In this document: positions 28,262-37,695 of the stretch, in pieces | How positions within the stretch are numbered: the stretch's first letter is position 1 | Layout of the letters: each line of letters begins with the position of its first letter | NCBI GenBank assembly: GCA_001800245.1 | Contig: MGVA01000059.1 | Location: 1,810-65,809, forward strand | DNA: 64,000 bases | DNA from: Elusimicrobia bacterium RIFOXYA12_FULL_51_18 | Lineage (GTDB): Bacteria; Elusimicrobiota; Elusimicrobia; Elusimicrobiales; UBA9959 | Direction of reading: 5' to 3' | Made by a program: the position numbers and the translations under genes | Notes under the pieces: generated by a model | Databases searched by the model: none | Told to the model about the DNA's origin: nothing | Seen by the model: the letters and a program-made list of their open reading frames with translations, nothing else

Positions 28262-30160
28262 TTAAACCGCAGGCTGCTCTTTCTTCTGGGTCAGCAATGA
28301 AACGACTATCAGAACCAGGAAGCTAAGCGGTATCGAGAAGATGCCGGGATTGTCCAGCGGTATAGGCGCCGTAGCCGGGTCCAGGCCGAACTTCTCGTAA
28401 ATGCTCGGAGAGAACATTATTATTCCTATGGCGGACACCATGCCGGTGACGATGGAAGACGCGATCCCCTTGGCCGTGGTCTTCTTCCAGAAGAGTATCA
28501 TGATGATGGACGGCAGGTTCGCCGACGCGGCTACTGCGAAAGCAAGGCCCACCAGGAAGGAGACGTTCATGCCCTTGAAGAGTATCCCGAGGGCTATAGC
28601 GATGATGCCGACAACGAAAGCCGCTATCTTACCCGCGCGCACCTTCTGTTTCTCATTGTAACCCAGCTGCATGTAGCGGTCCATAAGGTCGTGCGCCACT
28701 GCGCCGGAGGCGGCTATGATAAGGCCGCTGACGGTGCCCAGCACGGTGGCGAACGCGATAGCCGAGATGATAGCGAACAGGAAGGTCCCGAAAGACCTCG
28801 CCAGCAGCGGGGCCGACATATTATCGGTGAGCGGGTTCACCACGGAGTTGACCAGGGCGCCGAGGCCCAGGTACATTGTCAGCACGTAGAAGAAGCCTAT
28901 GGCGGCTATGGCCACTATGGTGGATTTGCGGGCGCAGGCCGCGCTCGGCACGGTATAGTAGCGTATCAAGATGTGCGGCAGAGCCGCAGTGCCCAGGAAC
29001 AGCGCCAGCATCAGCGAAAAGAAGTCCAGCTTCTGCATGGGCGTGCCTTCCACCTTGAACTTGAGGCCGGGCCGCATGAGCTTGTTGCCGGGGGTGACGT
29101 TGGGGGCGTAGACCGTCACTTTGTCCGCGCCGTCGGAGAACTTGACCGTCTTCCAGCGATTAATTTTAGTTTCCGGGTCGCTCAGGATCGAAAGGAATTC
29201 TAACGGACCCACTTTGCCCGTCGAGGCTTCCGGGCCGGTCTTCCCCTTGATGGCTTCGAGGTTGCCGGACAGCCGCGGCTGGTTCTCCTTTGTTTCCGGC
29301 AGGCCGTTCACCAGTTTAGTTCCGTCGGCTTTGGCGACGGAATACTGGGTCTCGCGCAGGGTGATATTTCCGTCCTTGTCATAGCGGGCCCACCAGGTTT
29401 CGAGGCCGCTGACGGACAGTTTAACGAACTTGGCGCCTTTAACTTCCTGGCCGCCCATCACCACAAAGGTCTTGTCCTTGATCAAAAGCCGTCCCTCGGC
29501 TTCGGCGGCGGTTATCGTCTTATACTCGTGGAATGGAACGCGTCCGCCCTGGTCGGGGGTCGTGGAAAGGCCGCGGTAGAGCACTGCTATGCAGACTACC
29601 AGCGAGAACACTACGAGCATGCCGCCCTTTATGAACTGCACGTAAGTCGTGGACGTCATGCCGGCGGTGGCTACGATCGTTATAACTATCGCTCCCACCA
29701 TGATGACGCCCGCGTAATGAGGTATGCCCAGCAGCGGTTCTACCAGCACGCCGGCGCCCACCATTTGCGGTATCAGGTAGAACACCGATACGACCAGGGT
29801 GCTGATGGCCGCGGCCAGTTTAATGCCGCGCGAGTTGAACTTCGCGTCCAGGGCGTCGGTAAAAGTGTACTTGCCGAGGCGCTTCATAGGTTCGGCAACT
29901 ACGAACAGGGCCACCATCCACCCGGCCAGGTAGCCGATGGAATAGAGGAACCCATCGTAGCCGGCGGTAGCTATCATGCCGCAGATGCCCAGGAAAGAGG
30001 CGGCGGAAAGATAGTCTCCGGCGAAGGCTATGCCGTTCACGGCCCAGTGTATCTGCCCGCCGGCTGCGAAGTAGCCGCTGGCCGACTTGGTCTTGGCGGC
30101 GAAGTAAAACGAAAGCCCCAGAACGAGGCCGACAAAAACCAGGAAAATGGTTATGGCCAT
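28262..30160 (-). CDS. actP: Cation/acetate symporter ActP (SSF family) with an enlarged hydrophilic loop
   Basis: YFAAGGQIHWAVNGIAFAGDYLSAASFLGICGMIATAGYDGFLYSIGYLAGW and GTAALPHILIRYYT match ActP. At 632 aa it is longer than E. coli ActP as I recall it (~549 aa), and a long hydrophilic loop (aa ~196-378) accounts for more than the difference. Confidence 0.85.
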   Translation of the reverse strand: MAITIFLVFVGLVLGLSFYFAAKTKSASGYFAAGGQIHWAVNGIAFAGDYLSAASFLGICGMIATAGYDGFLYSIGYLAGWMVALFVVAEPMKRLGKYTFTDALDAKFNSRGIKLAAAISTLVVSVFYLIPQMVGAGVLVEPLLGIPHYAGVIMVGAIVITIVATAGMTSTTYVQFIKGGMLVVFSLVVCIAVLYRGLSTTPDQGGRVPFHEYKTITAAEAEGRLLIKDKTFVVMGGQEVKGAKFVKLSVSGLETWWARYDKDGNITLRETQYSVAKADGTKLVNGLPETKENQPRLSGNLEAIKGKTGPEASTGKVGPLEFLSILSDPETKINRWKTVKFSDGADKVTVYAPNVTPGNKLMRPGLKFKVEGTPMQKLDFFSLMLALFLGTAALPHILIRYYTVPSAACARKSTIVAIAAIGFFYVLTMYLGLGALVNSVVNPLTDNMSAPLLARSFGTFLFAIISAIAFATVLGTVSGLIIAASGAVAHDLMDRYMQLGYNEKQKVRAGKIAAFVVGIIAIALGILFKGMNVSFLVGLAFAVAASANLPSIIMILFWKKTTAKGIASSIVTGMVSAIGIIMFSPSIYEKFGLDPATAPIPLDNPGIFSIPLSFLVLIVVSLLTQKKEQPAV

Positions 30161-30162
30161 GG

Positions 30163-30447
30163 TTATTTCCCCCCTTCAGCGTCTTTCGAGTCGGCTTCGT
30201 GCAGGCCGCACATGTGGTTGTAGATGAGCGCGAGCACGAGGGCGAAGGCGATAAGCCCGAAGCCGTAAACTACGGCCAGGTTGAGGCCGGAGAATATTAT
30301 CTTTTCCATCCAGAGGGGTTTAAGCAGGTTGATGGCTACGAACACGGCGTATACCACGGCGTAGAGCAGGAACATCCATACGCCTATCTGCATCTTGTAA
30401 TCCGCCGAAGCGTCGGGCCCGGATTGGGCCGCAGGTTCATGAAGCAT
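30163..30447 (-). CDS. DUF485 (YjcH-like) inner-membrane protein
   Basis: Two TM segments (VWMFLLYAVVYAVFVAINLL, LNLAVVYGFGLIAFALVLALIY), positioned directly upstream of actP as in yjcH-actP. Start set at the ATG at 30447, after aggag. Confidence 0.8.
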   Translation of the reverse strand: MLHEPAAQSGPDASADYKMQIGVWMFLLYAVVYAVFVAINLLKPLWMEKIIFSGLNLAVVYGFGLIAFALVLALIYNHMCGLHEADSKDAEGGK

Positions 30448-30463
30448 TTGGTCTCCTAAAATA

Positions 30464-30488
30464 GGGCGTCCGTATAAGGTGGGCGTCC
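30464..30488 (-). promoter_or_regulatory. Direct repeat GGACGCCC-N9-GGACGCCC upstream of yjcH-actP
   Basis: Forward gggcgtcc at 30464-30471 and 30481-30488, lying 17-41 nt upstream of the yjcH ATG in the 52-nt gap after the sensor gene. Confidence 0.35.
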
Positions 30489-30499
30489 ACAATTTTGTT

Positions 30500-33403
30500 T
30501 TAAACGATTAAGAATTTTACTAAATACGTCAGTTTATTAATAGTCTCTACCGCGGCCGCGGCGGCTTCCCTGAGCGCCAGTTGGTCCGCCTGTGAGAGTT
30601 CGGCGGGCTTTATCCGGTTATTTGCGGCGATCCCTTCCCCCGCCAGCGCGGCCTGGCGCCTGAGGCGCAGGCGCATGAGGAAATCGAAAGCCTGGGTGAA
30701 GGACTCTTTTTCCGCCTGATCAAGCACGTTGGCGTCTGCCAGGGCCGCGAGGCGGTTAACGGTAGGAATCGCGGCCACATCACCTCGCAGGGCGTAGATC
30801 CTGGCAAAATCAGTTATTGCCCGCACCAGCTGTTTGAGGTCGAGGGTCCCGCGGTGCTCACCTTCGTCCTCGACCGTAACGGCGCCCCTGAACCCTACGG
30901 GAACTTTAAAGAGCAGGGCATTGTTGGCGAGATTGAGAAAAAATATTTTCTTGCCTTTTACCGCGGCCCGCACATGCTTGCGCAATTGCGCCTCAAGCGA
31001 ACTGTCTCCGGCAACGCAGCGAAAATCAAAAAATACGTTCACGTCCAGCAATGACTGCGGGTCCGTGATCCCCGCCCACTCAATGAAATAGTTTTTCCAT
31101 ACGGCTATGGGCCGGCACCACTTGGTATTATTCGCCATGGCGGAGCCCTTGCAGAACGGATATCCCGCGTCGTTAAGCCAGGAACAGACTTTTTCTCCCA
31201 GGGTCTGAAAGTATTCCTCGGCGTTTTTCTCAAGGCCCGGCGGCGGATCAGAGTAGACGATGGCATTGTCCTGGTCGGTAGCCAGGGTTTGTTCGCCCCT
31301 GGCCTGGCTGCCCAGCGCCATGAAAGCGAACGGTACCGGGGGGGCGCCCAAAGCGTCCACGGCGAGCTTTACAAAGCGAGCCGTGGCGGCGTCAGTCGCG
31401 GAGGAAATAAGACGGGTTATGCCTGCGCTTCCGGCGCCGCTATCCGAAAGAGTTTTAATCATGCGGGGAAGGCATTCTTTTAACGCTATCACTTCCTTTA
31501 CGGTCGCCGCCCTGGCGAATTCTTCCATCAGAACAGCCGGGGAATACCATTTTAGGGCCAGGAGCTCTTTTTCGTCGATCACGCCGACCACTTTTCCGGA
31601 GTCGTCCCTTACCGCCAGGTGGCGGATGTTATTCTCCTGCATCAACAGCACGGCCTCAAAAATCAGGGCGGTGTCCGGGACGCTGATAAGCGGCGAGCTC
31701 ATTATGCGCGAGGCGGGCTCGGCCGGGGTGTTCGTTCCCGCAAGGACGCGGGCGCGCAGATCGTGGTCCGTCACTATTCCCAGCAACTCCCCGCCGCTCT
31801 CCACCAGGATGCAGCTGCTTGCGGCCCTGGTCATTATTTCAGCGGCTTTGCCTATGGGCGTGGTGAGCGGGCAGGCGGCCGCCGCGCGGGCGACGCCGCG
31901 GACCGACTGGTTCAGCGAGCCCAGGGATAACTGAAGTTCCGACAGGAGCTTTTCCCTTTCCGCTTCCGACTTCCTGCGGGCGGTAACATCCTCAAGGAGC
32001 CCGTCGCAGTAGCGGGCCGGTCCCGGCTCTCCCTCCAGTGGCATAAGGGAAACGATAATCGAGCGCTCCGCGGACCCGCCGTAGAGCATGGTTAAGGGGG
32101 CTTCCCTGACGGTCTTTCCTTCTAAAACGTCCGCGAGGAGGCCTGCGCTGTCAAGCGGCTTGAGCGGCGCGTCACCGGCGCGGACAAGTTCTTCAAAGCC
32201 GGAGTAACCCAGTATGCGGAAGGCGGCGGGGTTCGCTTCCGTTACGCGCCGCTCCAACAGATCCACCCTGAAGACCCCGAGATTTATGCTGTCCGTCAAA
32301 AGGCGGAACTTTTCCCTGCTCTCCGAAAGTTCCTCCTCGGTTTTCTTATTCCGGTCTATATCCTTTATGGTAAGTATGAATCCTTCGCGTCCGCCGAAGA
32401 GCAGTTTTGAAGCGGTGAGAAGTGCCCGGAAAGTTTCCCCATCCTTGCGCACAAGGGAAGCCTCTACCCGGGGCGGCGCTCCGCCGCTTTCCAGGAGTTC
32501 CTGAAGATAGTCAAAACTGGCGGTGGAACCTGGGTGAAGGATCCCGTTTAAGTTAAGTTCCCCGAGCTCGGCCGGAGTATAGCCCAGCATATCTAGCATG
32601 GTGCGGTTGGAGTAAGCCAGACCGCCGTCCAGGATCATCATGATGCCTTCGGTGGAAGCTTCGACCAGTTTGCGGTATTTTTCCTCCGACTCGGAAAGAA
32701 GTTTTTCCGCCTGGCGGCGGGAGCGTTCAATGCGCAGGCTCTGCTGATTGACATAAAGCAATATAAGAACGATTATACCGGCTATCAGCAACGAAATCTT
32801 TATAAGGCTGGCTTCAAGGCGCGCTATCTCTTCCCGGACGTCCTCGATGTAGATGCCGGTGCCCGTGACCCAGCCCCAGGGAGCGAATAGACGCACATGG
32901 GAAAGCTTCGGGACTATGCGCGCGGCATCGTCCTTCCACTGCCACATATAATCCACGTAACCCGCGCCGTCCCGCCTGCCGATCTGGGCGAATTCCACGA
33001 ATATTCTCTTGCCGTGAGAATCCGTGAAGCCGGAAAGATCTTGGCCGTCCAGGTCAGACCTGTACGGGTGCATTACCATCTTTGGGGCAAGGTCCGTTAT
33101 CCAGAAATAGTCTTTATCCTCCGGCCCGTAGCGCATGGCACGCACGCTCTCGGCGGATTTACGCTGCGCCTGGGCGCGCGTAAGCAGCCCGGCTTTCTCG
33201 TCACGATGAAATTTTGCCAGCAGGCTGTGGACGGAATTATTAAGCTCTCTTATCGTTTCCCGCTTGCGGTCCATCATATTGCGCTCGAAGGAAGGGATAA
33301 TGAACAGGAAAGTGGCGGCTATGAACAGGGAGATGGCCAGAGCGCTGGGCAGCACTATGCGCGCCAGGAAGCTGCCTCCGTAAGGGCGTGGTTTTATAGC
33401 CAT
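30500..33403 (-). CDS. Membrane sensor: TM, sCache_2-like domain, TM, 2x PAS, CBS pair, DUF294 putative nucleotidyltransferase plus DUF294_C
   Basis: 967 aa. The Cache-like segment YFWITDLAPKMVMHPYR...GAGYVDYMWQWKD...PKLSHVRLFAPWGWVTGTGIYIEDV lies between two TM helices. PAS-like blocks follow, then a CBS pair (ILVESGGELLGIVTDHDL, HLAVRDDSGKVVGVIDEKEL), then FAFMALGSQARGEQTLATDQDNAIVY (NTase G-S...D-x-D). Confidence 0.75.
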   Translation of the reverse strand: MAIKPRPYGGSFLARIVLPSALAISLFIAATFLFIIPSFERNMMDRKRETIRELNNSVHSLLAKFHRDEKAGLLTRAQAQRKSAESVRAMRYGPEDKDYFWITDLAPKMVMHPYRSDLDGQDLSGFTDSHGKRIFVEFAQIGRRDGAGYVDYMWQWKDDAARIVPKLSHVRLFAPWGWVTGTGIYIEDVREEIARLEASLIKISLLIAGIIVLILLYVNQQSLRIERSRRQAEKLLSESEEKYRKLVEASTEGIMMILDGGLAYSNRTMLDMLGYTPAELGELNLNGILHPGSTASFDYLQELLESGGAPPRVEASLVRKDGETFRALLTASKLLFGGREGFILTIKDIDRNKKTEEELSESREKFRLLTDSINLGVFRVDLLERRVTEANPAAFRILGYSGFEELVRAGDAPLKPLDSAGLLADVLEGKTVREAPLTMLYGGSAERSIIVSLMPLEGEPGPARYCDGLLEDVTARRKSEAEREKLLSELQLSLGSLNQSVRGVARAAAACPLTTPIGKAAEIMTRAASSCILVESGGELLGIVTDHDLRARVLAGTNTPAEPASRIMSSPLISVPDTALIFEAVLLMQENNIRHLAVRDDSGKVVGVIDEKELLALKWYSPAVLMEEFARAATVKEVIALKECLPRMIKTLSDSGAGSAGITRLISSATDAATARFVKLAVDALGAPPVPFAFMALGSQARGEQTLATDQDNAIVYSDPPPGLEKNAEEYFQTLGEKVCSWLNDAGYPFCKGSAMANNTKWCRPIAVWKNYFIEWAGITDPQSLLDVNVFFDFRCVAGDSSLEAQLRKHVRAAVKGKKIFFLNLANNALLFKVPVGFRGAVTVEDEGEHRGTLDLKQLVRAITDFARIYALRGDVAAIPTVNRLAALADANVLDQAEKESFTQAFDFLMRLRLRRQAALAGEGIAANNRIKPAELSQADQLALREAAAAAVETINKLTYLVKFLIV

Positions 33404-33413
33404 TCTGCAGTCG

Positions 33414-34799
33414 TCAGCCCAGTTTTTCGGATATAAGTTTCCTGAGCTCCGGGCTCATTTTTTTGCTCATTAGGCCCGGGTAGTATTTGAGCAGATTCAT
33501 CTTCAGCGCCATCAAAAAAGGCGAAACGGAGAGGACGGAGTCAGCCTGCTGCAGGGCTTCCGCGTGCGCACCGGACATGTCCAGGGCCACGGCTTTCTCA
33601 AGCAGCGCCAGCGGGGTCCCGGGCGCCAATTGCAGACAGCGCACGAAGCATTCCGCCGACTCTTCTGCGCGTCCGGCCATGATGCAGGCAAGCCCCCTGT
33701 GCCGCCAAGCTTCAGCGTCGCCGGGAGCCAGTTCCGTGATCTTTTTGCGGCAGTCGGCTTCCTCGGGGAATTGCTGCAGCTTTTGCTTGATCTCCGCGAG
33801 GAGGTCCCACGCCTCTATATTGGACGGCGCCAGTTCGCAGGCGCGCTGCGCCGGCGTCACAGCCGCGCGCAGCTGTCCCGCCGCGCCAAAAGTGACGGCG
33901 AGGTTCTTCCAGGCGCTGTAGTTCAACGGGTCCACCACTACGGCGTTGCCGAAACAGTCCGACGCCTCGGCCAGGCGGTTGGCCTCAAAAGCCGCTATGC
34001 CGTTGAACATGAGCTCCTCCGCCCGGTCCGCCGCTTTCGTCGACATGATATCTTTCGGGTCGGGCGCGGGTGCCTGCGCCAGCTCATCGGACATCTTGGT
34101 CAGTGTTGTCATAAGCACCAGGGCTTCTCCCGCCAGTTCCGGGTCGTAGCCCAACGCCTGCTTGCAGAATTCGGCGGCCGTTACTATCCTTGTCCGCTGC
34201 GGCAGCGTGCCGCGGTCCAGTATCAGTTCCGCCTGTTTAAGAAAGCCTTTGCCCCAGGGGCCGCGCGGAATGTTCTTTACGGCGGCTATCTCTTCGAGCT
34301 GCTTGAAAAAAGCGAATTTTTGTCCGTCCCTGAAAAAGAGCATCGCCCTGCCTATCGGCGTGATGAAATTGGCGCCGAAAGATACGCGGACATTGACCAG
34401 CTCTACGGCCCCGTCCGGGTCTTTTTGCCAGGCTCCGCCCGCCACGCGCCGGCAGACCTCGCCGAAATAGGACCCCAGCTTGATTATTACCGACTCGATC
34501 CCCTCGTTGGGGGCATAATCGGGGTCGCCAGGGGCTTCGCCGTTGGGGCCCATGACCAGGTTCATGGCCGCGTCTATGGCGCGCAGGCTGGCGGGGCTGA
34601 AATCCAGTTCTATGCCCAGCTTCGCGAACAGGGGCGCCTGCATGCTGGTCTCCGCGGCTTCGCGCGCCATCTCCTCGTAAGGCAGGGCCGCGGCGGGTTT
34701 GGGCGGCTGGTTCTCCCGGCGGAAGATATGCTGGCAGAGATTGCAGCAGAGGGCGGCATCCTCGTTGTCGTAGCCGCAGATGGGGCATTTTGTGGCCAT
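33414..34799 (-). CDS. Zinc-ribbon / TPR-repeat protein
   Basis: N-terminal CPICGYDNEDAALCCNLCQ zinc ribbon and C-terminal TPR-like repeats (AEASDCFGNAVVVDP, SAWKNLAVTFGAAG, EAWDLLAEIKQKL, AEAWRHRGLACIMAG). Confidence 0.65.
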   Translation of the reverse strand: MATKCPICGYDNEDAALCCNLCQHIFRRENQPPKPAAALPYEEMAREAAETSMQAPLFAKLGIELDFSPASLRAIDAAMNLVMGPNGEAPGDPDYAPNEGIESVIIKLGSYFGEVCRRVAGGAWQKDPDGAVELVNVRVSFGANFITPIGRAMLFFRDGQKFAFFKQLEEIAAVKNIPRGPWGKGFLKQAELILDRGTLPQRTRIVTAAEFCKQALGYDPELAGEALVLMTTLTKMSDELAQAPAPDPKDIMSTKAADRAEELMFNGIAAFEANRLAEASDCFGNAVVVDPLNYSAWKNLAVTFGAAGQLRAAVTPAQRACELAPSNIEAWDLLAEIKQKLQQFPEEADCRKKITELAPGDAEAWRHRGLACIMAGRAEESAECFVRCLQLAPGTPLALLEKAVALDMSGAHAEALQQADSVLSVSPFLMALKMNLLKYYPGLMSKKMSPELRKLISEKLG

Positions 34800-34873
34800 G
34801 AATCGAATTCTACTTTTTATCCGGGAATAAAAACAAGTTGCCTATTTTTTGTAAAATATGCGGACTTGGATAT

Positions 34874-35314
34874 ATGCGCGATGATCTGGAAAAGAAATTG
34901 CTGGCGGGAGTCGGGATAGGCGTTTCCATCTTGGGCGGGGTCCTGCTGCTCATGGCCGCCGGCAGCGTAGTCCTTGCGTTTATGGGGGTGTTCTCCGGAG
35001 AATACAGGGACAGTTTCCTCCTCGCCGCGGCGGCCGTACCGATTTTACTGGTCAGTGTCACCTGCCTGTTCGTGGGCCTGGCGCTCCGTCTTCAGCCGCT
35101 GACGCTGAAGAACCTGCTCCGCAGCGCCGGGGAAACCGTCGTCCTATTAGTCACCGGTTTCTGGGGCATGCGGATCACGTCGGTACAGGTTCCCGCCTGG
35201 GAACATCTCGCTTACCTGCTGCTGCTCTGCTGTGTCATCATCGCGGGAAAAAAATGGCTGCTGAAAACCAAAACCGACGCCCAGCCGGGCGTATCTCTCC
35301 GGCAACCCCGCTGA
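34874..35314 (+). CDS. Hypothetical membrane protein (4 TM)
   Basis: Hydrophobic ORF. The first in-frame ATG is at 34874; the ORF track starts at a TTG at 34838. Confidence 0.45.
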   Translation: MRDDLEKKLLAGVGIGVSILGGVLLLMAAGSVVLAFMGVFSGEYRDSFLLAAAAVPILLVSVTCLFVGLALRLQPLTLKNLLRSAGETVVLLVTGFWGMRITSVQVPAWEHLAYLLLLCCVIIAGKKWLLKTKTDAQPGVSLRQPR

Positions 35315-35368
35315 CATTCCAGTAAATCGTATTGTAGTCGTGCCGGAGAATTTTCAGAGGATGGCAAC

Positions 35369-36532
35369 ATGACTTTCTATATTGTTGGAGGCTTGGCAGT
35401 AATTTTGATTCTTTTCTTAATTCAGCGCAGAAAACTGATGCTGACTGCGATTCAGGCCATCAAACAGGCTTTTCTAAGCCAGTCTGACATGATTCTCCTG
35501 CAAAGGGTCGGCAAACCTCAATGGAAAAGAGCGGAACTTGTAGATAAACTGACACAGGAGTTGCTTGCGGAGGGCTTTAGTGACGCCGGATCGTTTGCCA
35601 TAGACAGGATGCCCGGCGCGTTAGTGCGCATGATGACGGGCCCTGGGGGTGATGCAACTGCCGCTGTCTGCGATCATCCAGGGATCGGGGCATGGGTTGA
35701 TATCACTACCATCTACGAGGATGGGCGTATTGTGACCGCGACCTCAGCTCCTAAAACTGGCCTGCCTAGCCCCGATTGGAGCAGGACATTACGCTTTCCC
35801 GGAGAGCCGGTTGCCAAACTGTACTCCGAACTGCTGGTAAGCCGGCCAAAGGACGGAATCCGGCCTATCTCTGCAGACGAGGCGTCAAGCGAGTTCGAGA
35901 GGGCCTATTTTAAGCATACTGTCTGGGTTAAGCAGCGTGACATAAGCCTCGCTGACCTGCAGAAAATGATAGATGAGCGGATAAAGGACGGCAGTGAGCA
36001 AACGCCTTACATGACCGCCAAACACGCACAGAAGCGCCACGACAGAAGGGAAAGATGGATCGCGGCGATCGGGTTGGCAATAGCGGCGATTATGCTTATA
36101 TCGGCCTATTTTATTCTGGCTTTAGGCTGGCAGGAGCATTGCCTGAGTACGCGGGGAAAAGTGATCAGCGCGGCCGTGACGGACCTCAGGGTCAGGAAGA
36201 TTAGGTCACGTCGAGAAGTATGTGAGGTTCGCTACAAATTCCAGGTTGAGAATGGGGAGCAGTATTATACTAACCGGGCACTATGGCGCGGTGAAAATCC
36301 CTGGGCGAGTCTCAGACGCTCCGTTTGCGATGATGTCAGAAAGTCCGGCTTTGTGGCGGTTAAGTACGACCCGAAAGATCCCTGGACCCATGAGCTTGTG
36401 GAGACTTCCGGCATCAGCGGTGTAACGGACAAGCCGTGGATTTTTGTCTTGAGTTCTCTGCCGTTTATTTTAGCCGGTATTTTCGCTTTTGTGTTAGGGT
36501 TTTCCGCACTGATGTTGGTGTTGATCGGCTGA
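35369..36532 (+). CDS. Hypothetical membrane protein with a DUF3592-like C-terminal module
   Basis: TM, soluble domain, TM, then the beta-rich segment GKVISAAVTDLRVRKIRSRREVCEVRYKFQVENGEQYY...VAVKYDPKDP, then TM. This layout is typical of DUF3592. Confidence 0.5.
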   Translation: MTFYIVGGLAVILILFLIQRRKLMLTAIQAIKQAFLSQSDMILLQRVGKPQWKRAELVDKLTQELLAEGFSDAGSFAIDRMPGALVRMMTGPGGDATAAVCDHPGIGAWVDITTIYEDGRIVTATSAPKTGLPSPDWSRTLRFPGEPVAKLYSELLVSRPKDGIRPISADEASSEFERAYFKHTVWVKQRDISLADLQKMIDERIKDGSEQTPYMTAKHAQKRHDRRERWIAAIGLAIAAIMLISAYFILALGWQEHCLSTRGKVISAAVTDLRVRKIRSRREVCEVRYKFQVENGEQYYTNRALWRGENPWASLRRSVCDDVRKSGFVAVKYDPKDPWTHELVETSGISGVTDKPWIFVLSSLPFILAGIFAFVLGFSALMLVLIG

Positions 36533-36609
36533 CGCGGCCTGGAGGTTGTCGCTTTCTCAACTGAATATTTGGCACGCAGGATTTTGGACAGATTAATCAG
36601 AGAAAAATT

Positions 36610-37656
36610 ATGGGAACGAATATGCGGAACGTTGATGCTGATCCAGTTTTTGAAATTAAGCCCTGGGCAAATAGCAAGTGGTATGCCGGGCTGTTGCTCA
36701 TGGGTGTATTCTTTTTATATCGTGGCATTAAGCTGGGCTTCAGCCTCCTCCAAGTTTGGCATTTCCCCATCCTGCCGAGCATTCTCTGCATTGATTACCT
36801 GCTGTTGGGAGTCGGCCTGATGAAGCGGAAGTATTGGGCCCGGATGCTGGCGTTTGTATCCTCCCCATTCATTTTTTTATTCACATTGTTCCTCCTCCAG
36901 AAGTATCCCCGCGCCGCTCACCGGTCTTCCGTATATGTACTGGCGGTAATGGCTGTGGCGACCTTCATTTACCTGCTTATACCTCAGGTAGAGGAGGAAT
37001 TCGCGCAAGGCCGTCCGCCTGTGAAAAGGCGGGATAATCTTGCGCCCCCGCCGCGACAGATACCGCTGACACTGAAGCTGTCTGCGATTTGTGGTAATAA
37101 ATTTATGCTGATGTCCTGGCTGTCCATTGGCTTCGTATTCTGCGGTATCGCTTATATGCTCCGGAAAGCCGGGGTTTGCGTTGAACGGGGCATGCCTATG
37201 GGGTTCGCCGCCGTGTGGCTGTCGCTTTGGCTGTTCTTCCTCGGGGTCATCGGGTACATGGCGGGGCGGCTGACGCATTGGATCCTTTCAAGCGATCTCC
37301 GTCTTCTTGAACAAGGCATGCTAAGTCTGGCGATCCTGAAATCTCAAAAAAAAATAGACTTGAGGCATGGGGGCGGGCCCCTGTTCCACTTGGTCTTCGA
37401 GTATGAGGTTAATGGCAAGAAATTCCATACCTGGATGGATACTCCTTATGCAGTCAGACTATTGGACGAGACCAAGGAACCGATCATCTACGATCCTCAA
37501 AAACCGGGGAATTCCTTATTGTTAGACGAGTTGCCGGCGCATGTGGAGTTGGATGATACCGGCAACTTGAAGCACCGCTATCCATTTATGGGCTTTGTTT
37601 ATCTGATGATCCCGTTCGGCACGCTAGTCTGTATGACGTATATAACATTAAGGTAG
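36610..37656 (+). CDS. Hypothetical polytopic membrane protein with a DUF3592-like C-terminal module
   Basis: Several TM helices, then LFHLVFEYEVNGKKFHTWMD...IIYDPQKPGNSLL, then TM. The architecture is analogous to 35369..36532. Confidence 0.5.
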   Translation: MGTNMRNVDADPVFEIKPWANSKWYAGLLLMGVFFLYRGIKLGFSLLQVWHFPILPSILCIDYLLLGVGLMKRKYWARMLAFVSSPFIFLFTLFLLQKYPRAAHRSSVYVLAVMAVATFIYLLIPQVEEEFAQGRPPVKRRDNLAPPPRQIPLTLKLSAICGNKFMLMSWLSIGFVFCGIAYMLRKAGVCVERGMPMGFAAVWLSLWLFFLGVIGYMAGRLTHWILSSDLRLLEQGMLSLAILKSQKKIDLRHGGGPLFHLVFEYEVNGKKFHTWMDTPYAVRLLDETKEPIIYDPQKPGNSLLLDELPAHVELDDTGNLKHRYPFMGFVYLMIPFGTLVCMTYITLR

Positions 37657-37695
37657 CGGCAAGCGAATTCCACGCCAGTTAAAAGCAACTCTGAT

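Noticed and set aside
33564-34919. 451-aa plus-strand ORF, among the longer ORFs in the track.
   Set aside because: It lies entirely antisense to the zinc-ribbon/TPR gene (33414..34799). Its composition is Arg/Gly/Ala/His-rich low complexity, typical of the shadow frame of a GC-rich gene, and it has no recognisable motifs.
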